From positions 672,001-736,000 of the forward strand of contig OZ244720.1 in NCBI GenBank assembly GCA_965219085.1: a DNA stretch of 64,000 nucleotides, written 5' to 3'. This DNA is from Dehalococcoidia bacterium (lineage in GTDB: Bacteria > Chloroflexota > Dehalococcoidia > UBA2979). The notes under the pieces are model-generated. The model was not told the DNA's origin, ran no database searches, and was given only the letters and a program-made list of their open reading frames with translations. The position numbers were made by a program, and so were the translations under genes. The first letter of the stretch is position 1, and each line of letters starts with the position of its first letter. This document shows positions 56,395-64,000 of this stretch, one piece after another.

Positions 56395-56898
56395 CTAGCG
56401 CCGGACCACCCTCGTGCGGCGGCGGCCGGCAAGCAGCCGTGCGACGAAGATCGCCCCGGCACCGAGCCCGGCCGCGTTGAGCACGGCCAGTTCACCGCCG
56501 TGGCCGAACAGCAACGGCGCCGCGAGCAGCGCCACCAACCCGACGACCACCGCGGGCTTCCGCCCACGCCTCGTTGGGCGAACTGCGGGAGCCTCGGGCA
56601 TCAGCTCGTAGGCCGTCCAGATGGGCAGCCCGATGACGCCCTCGACCGCGGTGACGGCGTGGGCGCGCGTGCAGCCGCCGGTGTGGCAGCGCACATCGAT
56701 GCCGTTGCCGTCGGGCCGCTGCCGGAACGCCAGCCCGTCCGACGCGCCGCCGTGGCAGATGGCGGTAGTCGTCCAGAACCAGCCCCGCTCGAAGCTCACC
56801 CGCTGCGGGATGAGGTTCGCGATGCGGCCGGCGCTCGGTCCTGTGTACTGCTGCGCCGTGGCTCGCATCTCCATGGCGTCCCTCTGCTCTGTGTTCAT
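56395..56898 (-). CDS. Hypothetical protein: primase-Zn-ribbon-like N-terminus plus two C-terminal transmembrane helices
   Basis: AAGGAGG RBS; AICHGG...LAF...DG..IDVRCHTGGC; hydrophobic AVVVGLVALLAAPLLF and AAGLGAGAIFVARLL. Confidence 0.7.
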   Translation of the reverse strand: MNTEQRDAMEMRATAQQYTGPSAGRIANLIPQRVSFERGWFWTTTAICHGGASDGLAFRQRPDGNGIDVRCHTGGCTRAHAVTAVEGVIGLPIWTAYELMPEAPAVRPTRRGRKPAVVVGLVALLAAPLLFGHGGELAVLNAAGLGAGAIFVARLLAGRRRTRVVRR

Positions 56899-57473
56899 GT
56901 CTCGTGACCTCCTTCGTCACTGCTGCGTTGCTGGTGACCCGTGTCGGCATCCGTGGCTCGGGTAATGGCTGGGTTGTCGCTGCACGCACTCCGCCCACGG
57001 TCGGATGCCGGACCGGGGAACGGGGTGGCTGGGCCGCGCTCGTGCGAAGCGGCCGGCCTGCGAATCACTCGCGGACGGGCTCGGTGCAGGGGCGGCGGAC
57101 GTGAGGAACGGGCCGAGCGCAGGACGCACTCCGCCCAGAGACTCCGGGGCCGAGTGCAGGATGCAACTCGCCCGCGGTCTCCCGGCGTTCGAGGCAACGT
57201 CGGGGGAGCAGCGCTCGACCCTTCTGCTGCCTCCCGCTGCGGGAAGGCGGTTGTCCCTCACTGGATCGCCGTCGGGAGAGCAGGGCTCTATCCGTCGGGT
57301 CGGTCCGGGTCCGGGATGGACCCTCCAGGTTTCTACGGCAGGAAACGCTGGCAAAGCCGGAAACTGCTTGGCAGTGTCGCCTAGTCCCCGCACCGATGGA
57401 AGGGGGTTTGGGCCTCCCGCGCCGAATCACTTGCTGCGATGTAGCTGCGATGTAGCGGGGGCCGACCGGGGCC

Positions 57474-58382
57474 CTACTTCCGCCACAACCCGAGGGTCAG
57501 CACGCGGCGGACGCAGCGCCAGAACAGCGCCCAGCGGCGCTCCGCCCGCGCGTCTGCCAGCGACTGCTCGCGCCGCCACATCTCCTTGTCGCGTTCGAGG
57601 CGGTCCCAGGGGTAGTAGGCCGGCAGCAGCGTCAGTGCGTGCTCCCGGATGAGGACGAGCTCCAGCTCCCGCATGCGCACCCAGGCGGTGGCGCGGGCCA
57701 GCCTGCTTCTGCCCTGGTCGATGTGCTCGACCCGCACCCGCCGCCACTCCACGATGAGCGGCATCGCCTCGCAGTAGACGAGCTCCTCGCCGGGCTCCGG
57801 CTCCAGCGTGACGATGTCAGGGTACGTTCGCCGGGGCGGGGTGCCCGCCGGTTCCCCGCCGACCGCCGGCCGTGTGTCCGGGTCGACCGGGGGCAAGGTT
57901 GCCAGCCGCCGTTCCCACTGCCTGAGTGTCTGCGCCTGCGCCTCCCGCAGATCCGCGAGGTCGCCGCGGACGGCGTCGAGCCCGCTTCGCACCGTCTCCT
58001 CCAGCGCTCCCGTGCGCTGCTCGAGGGCGCTGAGGCGCTCGCCTTGCCGCACCACCTCGGAGCGCTGATCGGCCAGCAGCCGCCGCTCCAGTGCCGAAGC
58101 CAGGCGCGGCACGAGCCGCCCCGAATTCATGCTCCGCCAGAGCGTCTTGCGGTCGACGCCCAGTTCCTCCGCCGCCTTCACGCGGCCCACCCGCTTCACG
58201 AGGTCGTGCAGCAGCGCCATCAGCCGCAGCTCGCGCACGCTCTCCAAGCTCGGCGTCTCGCCCGTTGCGTCCGGCGCTCCGCCGTTTGCCGCGCCTCCGT
58301 CCATGTTCCCGTTTGCCCCATTTCCCGGCTGTTCTGGAACATCGCCCCGCGCCCGGGGATGTGCCCGATGCCCCATATCCCG
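57474..58382 (-). CDS. Helix-turn-helix and coiled-coil protein, probable element regulator (start uncertain)
   Basis: Within ORF 57474..58439; Fis-like HTH GRVKAAEELGVDRKTLWRSM, heptad-rich LSALEQRTGALEE. Confidence 0.65.
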   Translation of the reverse strand, partial: RDMGHRAHPRARGDVPEQPGNGANGNMDGGAANGGAPDATGETPSLESVRELRLMALLHDLVKRVGRVKAAEELGVDRKTLWRSMNSGRLVPRLASALERRLLADQRSEVVRQGERLSALEQRTGALEETVRSGLDAVRGDLADLREAQAQTLRQWERRLATLPPVDPDTRPAVGGEPAGTPPRRTYPDIVTLEPEPGEELVYCEAMPLIVEWRRVRVEHIDQGRSRLARATAWVRMRELELVLIREHALTLLPAYYPWDRLERDKEMWRREQSLADARAERRWALFWRCVRRVLTLGLWRK

Positions 58383-58555
58383 GCGCTCCTGCCCCATGGC
58401 GGTGGAATCCGCACTGGAACCGGATTGCTTGCTCGTCACGTCCTGTAGGGGCGCTTTCCCCTTGTCCTGCCTGGGTTCTGACCGCTGGGCCGTTCCGTTA
58501 CCAACGTCGCTTCTCCTTACACGGCTACCACACCACGACCGGCCCCGTGCCGGCC

Positions 58556-58599
58556 ATGCCTCATAAGGGAGGTCACGCGTGACCTCCCTTATGAGGCAT
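58556..58599. repeat. Perfect loopless 44-bp palindrome
   Basis: ATGCCTCATAAGGGAGGTCACG|CGTGACCTCCCTTATGAGGCAT. Confidence 0.95.
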
Positions 58600-58640
58600 T
58601 ACCTCGCGCCGGCTGAGCCGCGACACTCCTCACCCCTGCA

Positions 58641-58654
58641 AGAACGCTCGTTCT
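58641..58654. promoter_or_regulatory. Perfect LexA (SOS) box, GAAC-N4-GTTC type
   Basis: AGAACGCTCGTTCT, 5 nt upstream of the AAGGAGG RBS of the first T4SS-operon gene. Confidence 0.7.
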
Positions 58655-58671
58655 GTAACAAGGAGGCGTCC

Positions 58672-59289
58672 ATGAGGCGGCAACCAGGAACAACAGCCGG
58701 TAGGGCGAGGCGGCTGAGGACGCTGGCGGCGGCGCTGCTGCTGGCGGCGCTCGCCACCATCCCCTCGAGCGGCGTCGCCCTCGCCCAGGAGCCGCCCGCG
58801 GAGGCCATCGTGCTCGTCAACGAGACCGCCGAGGATCTCGTCGAGCGCAAGGACGACGGACGCTTCATCGCACGCCCCGTCTTCGACCGCGAGGTCCCGC
58901 TCCTCTACTACGGCGTGCGCGACGGCGACACGGGCGATTGGCTCACCGTCGTCTTCCGGGTGCGCGACGACGGCGAGGAGCGGCGCGACGGCCGCGAGTA
59001 CTCCTTCGAGTACCCCTTCGAGAACGGCCAGCCCGAACTCGACCCGGAGCGTCCCTACCTGCTGGTGATGCTCGCGGGCGAGCTGGCGGAGTCGCCGCAG
59101 CCCTTCTACGCCGTCATCCCGCCCCACCAGCCCGGCGGTCTCTGGAACAGGGTTCTCGGCGCGCTCGACCCCGAGCGCTGGGGCAAGGCCGTCGCCCGCT
59201 GGGTGATCGAGGGCGCGCACGGGACGCTCTGCGGCGTCGTGGAGCGCGCCTCAGGCGACGACACCGATGTCTGCGAGGTCGCCCCGTGA
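58672..59289 (+). CDS. Secreted/membrane-associated protein, first gene of the transfer operon
   Basis: ATG 58672 with AAGGAGG; signal peptide ...RLRTLAAALLLAALATIPSSGVALA; GTGA overlap with the next gene. Confidence 0.8.
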   Translation: MRRQPGTTAGRARRLRTLAAALLLAALATIPSSGVALAQEPPAEAIVLVNETAEDLVERKDDGRFIARPVFDREVPLLYYGVRDGDTGDWLTVVFRVRDDGEERRDGREYSFEYPFENGQPELDPERPYLLVMLAGELAESPQPFYAVIPPHQPGGLWNRVLGALDPERWGKAVARWVIEGAHGTLCGVVERASGDDTDVCEVAP

Positions 59290-60272
59290 GCGACATCTTC
59301 ACGGGCACGCCGCCCGGCCTCACCTACGACCACGAGATCGTCCGCCAGGCGTGGACGGCGGTCTGGATCATCACCTCCGGCGCGCTCGTCGTGATCATCG
59401 GCTGGATGGGGCTGAGCCTCATCATCGGCGACCACCTCGGCCGCGCGCAGGCGGGCTGGCGCGAGCTGGTCCCGCGCCTCGGGCTGGGACTCGTGGCCGC
59501 CGCCGCCTCGCTGTGGTGGTGCGCGCTCGTCATCGACGTGGCCGACGCCATCTCCGGCTTCATCGCCGCCGAGCTGGGCGTGACCGCCGGCGACATGCTG
59601 CGCTCGACGCTGCGCACGCTGCTGACGGCGGTGGCGGCGGGCAGCGTGGGCATGGGCCTGCTGCTGGCCTTGCTCTACCTCGTCTACGGCTTCTTCGTGC
59701 TCTACCTCGTGGTGCAGATGGTGCTGCGCCTCGCGCTGATCGACATCCTGCTGGCGCTCGCGCCGATCGCCCTCGGGCTCTGGATCCTCCCGCACACGGC
59801 GGGCTGGGGCCGGCACTGGCTGCGCCTCTTCATGACGACCGTCTTCCAGCAGGCGATCCAGCTGATCGCGCTGGCCCTCGGCATCGGCTTCCTCAACGAG
59901 TACGCCGCGATCGGCGGCGGCGAGCCGATCCAGGACCTCGTCTGGAAGCTGCTGATGTCGCTGGCCTTCATCTACCTGGCGACGCGCGTGCCCTCGCTGC
60001 TCGGCAACGTCGGGACCTTCGATGCCTGGCTGCACACCCTCCACTTCGGCATGTCCCTGCCCGGCTCGATGGCCCGCTCGGCGCGCTCCGTGGGGCTGCT
60101 GGTGGGCGGCGGCGCGGCGGGCGGCCCGGTGGGTGCGGCGGTTGCCGCCGGGGCCGCGGGCGGAGTGGCCTCGGCGGCGACCTCGGGCGTGCGCTCGGCG
60201 GCCGAGCTGGCGACCCCCTCTTCGGGCGGTGGCGCCGCTGGCGGCGGCGCGCCCAGGAGCAGCAGCGAGTAG
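59286..60272 (+). CDS. TrbL/VirB6-like polytopic T4SS membrane protein
   Basis: Multiple TM helices, RLALIDILLALAPIAL..WILP.T..W...W, Gly/Ala-rich tail. Confidence 0.8.
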   Translation: MSDIFTGTPPGLTYDHEIVRQAWTAVWIITSGALVVIIGWMGLSLIIGDHLGRAQAGWRELVPRLGLGLVAAAASLWWCALVIDVADAISGFIAAELGVTAGDMLRSTLRTLLTAVAAGSVGMGLLLALLYLVYGFFVLYLVVQMVLRLALIDILLALAPIALGLWILPHTAGWGRHWLRLFMTTVFQQAIQLIALALGIGFLNEYAAIGGGEPIQDLVWKLLMSLAFIYLATRVPSLLGNVGTFDAWLHTLHFGMSLPGSMARSARSVGLLVGGGAAGGPVGAAVAAGAAGGVASAATSGVRSAAELATPSSGGGAAGGGAPRSSSE

Positions 60273-60417
60273 CGACAACAACAACCGCAACCAGGCAGCG
60301 CGGCCTCTTCGCGCCGATCGAGACGCAAACGGAGGTGGGAGATGTGCCGGTAGGCGAACGAGCAGCAGCACCGAGAGACGAACGAGAACACGCAAACGCG
60401 AGAGGAGCGAAACACAA

Positions 60418-60711
60418 GTGGAAGACCTGACTCAGACCATCTCCAACCTGGTGGGCATCCTGCTCGGGGTCGTCGGCGCGATCGGCGTCGGCTTCTTCAT
60501 CTACGGGTCCTACCTCTACCTCACCGCCTCGGGCGCACCGCACCAGATGGAGCGCGGCAAGAGCGCGATGATGACCGCTTTGGCCGGGATCGTCCTGGCG
60601 ATGGTGGCCTTCGGCGTCGTCGAACTGGTGATGGACGCCGTCGTCAACCCCGTCGTGGATGTCGACGTCCCCGAGCCCACGGGCGCGACCACGACCACAG
60701 AGGGGGGATAG
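60418..60711 (+). CDS. TrbC/VirB2-like pilin
   Basis: GTG 60418 after AGGAG; two TM helices around IYGSYLYLTASG.P...ERGK. Confidence 0.75.
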   Translation: MEDLTQTISNLVGILLGVVGAIGVGFFIYGSYLYLTASGAPHQMERGKSAMMTALAGIVLAMVAFGVVELVMDAVVNPVVDVDVPEPTGATTTTEGG

Positions 60712-60714
60712 GCC

Positions 60715-62472
60715 ATGCGAGAACACGAGGTTCCCACCCACGTGCAGGCCGAGGACCGCGTCCTGCTGTGGTTCACGTTTCCCCAGATCGTGGCGATGAC
60801 GGCCGTCTGCGCCCTCGCCTACGGCGTCTACCGCTACGCCCCGTTCGGTCCTTCCGAGGTGCGCATGGCGCTGGCCGTGCTCTTCGGGCTGGCGGGGCTG
60901 GCGGTCGTCGCGGGGCGGATCGGCGGCAGGCGGCTGCCGCTCGTGGCGGCCGACCTGCTGCGGTACGGGCTGGGGGCGCGGCGCTACGCCGGGCCTCCGG
61001 CCGAGCTGGTGCGCAGCGAACAGCCCGCGCCGGCGCAGCCCGCCGAGCGGAATGCCGATCCCGTGCGGCTGCTGGCGCGGCGCGTGCTGCGCCGGACCCG
61101 CCGCGTGAGCCAGCGGCGCAAGGAGGGCGAGCGCCGCAACGGGCGCATGCCCTTCCGCCCCCACCGCCTCTTCGGCAAGCGCCGCCGCGGCGGCGAGGAG
61201 CCCGAGAGCGACAAGCGGGCAGCGACCCGGGAGGACCGGGAGCAGCGGCTCGGCTCGCAGCGGCGAGGCCGGCGCGGCTTCTGGAAGACCTTCCTGGCGG
61301 CGGCCGCGCTGGCGCTGGTCGTCCTCACCGCCCTGCCGCTCGCGGCGGCGCTCGCCCAGGAGCCCGGCGGGGAGGGCTGGAGCTCGGACGAGATCGAGTT
61401 CCAGCCCCCGCCGGAGGTTCCCGGGCGGCGGCTCTTCGTCGAGGAGCTGACCGTCGGCGGCGAGCGGGCCGAGGTCGTCCTGCGGGCGGCCACCGACCTG
61501 GACCTGCGGGTGCGGGCCTACGGCGGAGCCGAGGGGCGCTCGTCCCGCTACTACGCGCTGGCCTCGCTGGAGGCGGGCGAGCGCGTCCGCTACGACCTGC
61601 CCCTGCATGGCCCTTCCCCTTCGCTTGTCTTCTCCTGGCAGGACGAACTGGGGCAGGCCGGGGCCGTCAGCCTCGACGGTGAGCGGCTCCCCTGGCCGCT
61701 GCCCGCCGTCACGGGCGAGCTGTGCGTCCTGCGCGTCGTCTCGCTCGGCTGGACGCCGGGGGCCGTCGAGGGGGCGATCACCTCGGAGTGCGTGAGCACG
61801 ACCGAGGAAGCGGTCGTCCTGCAGACGGTCACCGGGCACGCCGACGTGACCACGACGGCCCTGCTGGAAGGCGAGGTCGTTGCCGTCACCGGGACCATCA
61901 CGGTCGGCGGAGACGGCTCTGAGACGAGCGTCACGTTTGTCACCGGCGGCAAGACCCGCTTCCGGCTCCCGGTCGCGGCGGGCGAGGCCGTCCACGCCCT
62001 CGCCATCGAGGCGGACCTGGAGGCGTCGCTGCGCATCGCTCTGCCGCCGCTCGTGGAGCTGACGCACTACCCGCGGCGCGTCGAGCAACTCACGGAGACG
62101 GCGGAGGTCAGCATCCCCGCCTTCGGCGACACCGTGACGGAGACGTTCGCGGTGCCCGGCGAGGACGGCGCCTTCACGGAGCACAGCGTGACGGCCAGCT
62201 GCCACGTCCCCGCCTCGACCGTCCGCCAGGACGTCGTCTTCAGCGTCGTCCACGACGAGCGCGTCGAGGCCGCGGTCACGGAGCGGGCGCCGCTCGCGCG
62301 CAGCCGCGAAGAGGCCCTGGCGCTGGCATCGAGCATCCGGGCAGACGACGCCTACGTGGCGCTGGTCGTGCCGGAGCCCGAGCCCGAGCCGGACCCGGTC
62401 ACGCAGACGCCCGCCGGAGACGGCGAGCTGCGGGGTCTCTTCGACCAGCTCGGCTGGGAGTGGGTCTGGTGA
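60715..62472 (+). CDS. PrgI-family protein fused to a large C-terminal beta-rich extracellular-type domain
   Basis: HEVPTHVQAEDRVLLWFTFPQI plus 2 TM helices and GGRRL motif; internal basic stretch and signal-like helix (FLAAAALALVVLTALPLAAALAQE). Confidence 0.75.
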   Translation: MREHEVPTHVQAEDRVLLWFTFPQIVAMTAVCALAYGVYRYAPFGPSEVRMALAVLFGLAGLAVVAGRIGGRRLPLVAADLLRYGLGARRYAGPPAELVRSEQPAPAQPAERNADPVRLLARRVLRRTRRVSQRRKEGERRNGRMPFRPHRLFGKRRRGGEEPESDKRAATREDREQRLGSQRRGRRGFWKTFLAAAALALVVLTALPLAAALAQEPGGEGWSSDEIEFQPPPEVPGRRLFVEELTVGGERAEVVLRAATDLDLRVRAYGGAEGRSSRYYALASLEAGERVRYDLPLHGPSPSLVFSWQDELGQAGAVSLDGERLPWPLPAVTGELCVLRVVSLGWTPGAVEGAITSECVSTTEEAVVLQTVTGHADVTTTALLEGEVVAVTGTITVGGDGSETSVTFVTGGKTRFRLPVAAGEAVHALAIEADLEASLRIALPPLVELTHYPRRVEQLTETAEVSIPAFGDTVTETFAVPGEDGAFTEHSVTASCHVPASTVRQDVVFSVVHDERVEAAVTERAPLARSREEALALASSIRADDAYVALVVPEPEPEPDPVTQTPAGDGELRGLFDQLGWEWVW

Positions 62473-62786
62473 GGCGGCTCACGACCGCCCTGCTCTTCGC
62501 CGGGGTCGCGCTGGTCACCACCGGCGCGGCCCCGGCCGAGGAGCTGGCAATGCTCAACGCCTTCGACGAGGCGCTGACGGCGATGGCCTACGCCGCCGCC
62601 GGGGTCTGCGTCTTCGCCATCGTCTGGGCGGGCTTCCTGCTCATGGCCGACGGCGCCGACGAGCGCGGCGGCGGACGCGCGAAGAGCGCTGTCTTCCTCG
62701 CGGTGTTTGGGCTCGCCCTCGTGCTCTCGGCCAAGGGCGTGGCCGCGCTGCTGCGCCTGGGCGTCGTCCCGATCCCGATCCCCTAG
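62469..62786 (+). CDS. Second TrbC/VirB2-like pilin
   Basis: GTGA overlap; signal-like N-terminus, IVWAGFLLM.DG...RAK..V..AVFGLALVL. Confidence 0.65.
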   Translation: MRRLTTALLFAGVALVTTGAAPAEELAMLNAFDEALTAMAYAAAGVCVFAIVWAGFLLMADGADERGGGRAKSAVFLAVFGLALVLSAKGVAALLRLGVVPIPIP

Positions 62787-62805
62787 CACCAAGGAGCACA
62801 CCCCC

Positions 62806-64000
62806 ATGAGACCACTACTCGAACTCGCGAAGCGCGCGGCGGCGATCCTGCCCGGCGGGGCCGCCGCCCAACGGATCGAACCCGAGGCGGAGACCCCGGT
62901 GCCGAAGCCCCCGCCGGGGCTGCCGCTCGCCTTCATGCTCTCGCACCTGGAGGAGGACGGCCCGGTACGCCTCGACGGCGTGAAGCTCGGCGTCTGCGAG
63001 GTGCTGGGCCTCGAGCTGGACGAGCCGAAGCTGGGGGCCTTCGCGGGCGCGCTCAACGCCTGCGACTTCCCGTTGCAGCTGCTCGTGCGCCAGCACCCAC
63101 CCGGGCTCGGGAAGCTGCGGGAGGATCTCGCGGAGTCACAGCCCGAGGACCTGCCCCCGCAGACGGAGGCCGCCGCGGACTCGCTGCGGCGACTGCTGGG
63201 CGAGCTGGAGCGCCGCGACGGCATCCTCGACCGCCGCTTCTACGCTGTCTGCGAGCACGAGCGGATAGGCGAGCTGCGGGGCCTGCTGGCGCGGGCCGGA
63301 CTCTCCGTCCACCCGCTTGTGGGCCGCCAGTTGCGCATGCTGCTGCTCGCCTCGGCCCTCGGCGGCTCGCCGCGCGAGATCGACGAAGACACGCCCACCG
63401 AGGTCACGGTCAACCGCCGCGACATCCGCGTCGGGGACCGCCTCGTGCGCTCGCTGCATCTCGGGAAGTGGCCGCGCTCCCTCTCGCCCGGCTTCCTCCA
63501 GAACCTGATGGCGACCGGCGCGCCGATGGACCTCTCCCTCCACCTCGGGCCGATCCCCGCCGCGCAGGCGGCGCGCACGCTGGAGTGGCAGAAGGTCCGC
63601 TTCGAGTCGGCGCAGAGCCTCTCCTTCAAGCGCGGGCGCTCGATGTCCTCGGAGGCGGAGATCGCCCTCGAGGACGTGATGCGGCTGCGCGACGAGGTGC
63701 AGCGCGGGCGCGAACGCCTCTTCCACGCCTCCCTCTCGGTCACGCTCCACGCCGATGACGAGGAGTCCCTGAAGGAGCTGACCCAGCGGGCCAAGGCCCA
63801 CTTCGCGGCCTCCCTGGGGAAGCTGGACGCCCTTCCCTTCCGCCAGCGCGAGGGCCTGCTCGCGACGCTGCCGCTGGCGCTCAACGCCGTCGCCGTCTGG
63901 CGCACGCTCGACACCTCGTCGCTGGCCCGTCTCTACCCCTTCTCCCCGCCCGACCTCGACACCCGTGGCGGCACGCTCTACGGCATCGACATGCGGGCGT
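62806..64000 (+). CDS. VirB4-like conjugative ATPase, N-terminal part (truncated by window edge)
   Basis: ATG 62806 after AAGGAG; frame open to the edge (absent from the ORF track): LNACDFPLQLLVR, RRFY, WPRSLSPGFL, GRERLF, Q.EGLLATLPL, LARLYPFSPPDL...GTLYGID. The Walker A motif lies beyond the window. Confidence 0.8.
   Translation, partial: MRPLLELAKRAAAILPGGAAAQRIEPEAETPVPKPPPGLPLAFMLSHLEEDGPVRLDGVKLGVCEVLGLELDEPKLGAFAGALNACDFPLQLLVRQHPPGLGKLREDLAESQPEDLPPQTEAAADSLRRLLGELERRDGILDRRFYAVCEHERIGELRGLLARAGLSVHPLVGRQLRMLLLASALGGSPREIDEDTPTEVTVNRRDIRVGDRLVRSLHLGKWPRSLSPGFLQNLMATGAPMDLSLHLGPIPAAQAARTLEWQKVRFESAQSLSFKRGRSMSSEAEIALEDVMRLRDEVQRGRERLFHASLSVTLHADDEESLKELTQRAKAHFAASLGKLDALPFRQREGLLATLPLALNAVAVWRTLDTSSLARLYPFSPPDLDTRGGTLYGIDMRA

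Larger units (their letters stand above)
47395..64000. mobile_element. Integrative conjugative element or integrated conjugative plasmid (monoderm-type T4SS), continuing past the right edge
   Basis: Helicase, methylase, RadC, two ssb, Rad52-like and primase diverge from VirB6-like, pilin-like, PrgI and VirB4 genes. Integrase, relaxase and att sites are not in the window; the left boundary is undefined. Confidence 0.82.

Overview
High-GC bacterial window in two halves. (1) 1-46910: a co-oriented (+) array of five secreted modular surface-protein genes (>1930, ~876, ~2207, 4371 and 4679 aa) built from FN3, cadherin, Big_9, Calx-beta, cadherin-like beta-sandwich and NHL-like domains. Each carries a different payload: a kexin/furin-like S8 protease, two diverging GH16 domains, or three lectin-fold-like domains. 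Four of them end in the same ~535-aa constant module (poly-Gly, beta-propeller-like repeats, beta-sandwich, twin Cys-containing ILGAPxFVN domains). A ~2.66-kb near-identical repeat spans the constant C-terminus, a spacer with a variable poly-C tract and a LexA-like box, and the constant N-terminus. A GAF/pseudo-kinase/REC/OmpR-wHTH hybrid regulator sits behind a truncated copy of the array leader. (2) 47395-64000: part of a monoderm-type conjugative element. Its leftward DNA-processing cluster (primase, Rad52-like annealase, two ssb, Cys-rich protein, RadC, frameshifted methylase, SF2 helicase) has genes preceded by a repeated two-hairpin element. Its rightward T4SS operon (VirB6-like, two pilin-like, PrgI fusion, VirB4, truncated) is preceded by a perfect 44-bp palindrome and a perfect GAAC-N4-GTTC box. 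The overall character suggests a Chloroflexota (Dehalococcoidia-like, possibly sponge-associated) host; that is inference only. No rRNA, tRNA, CRISPR, integrase or relaxase was seen. All domain calls are by-eye motif recognition, not database searches.
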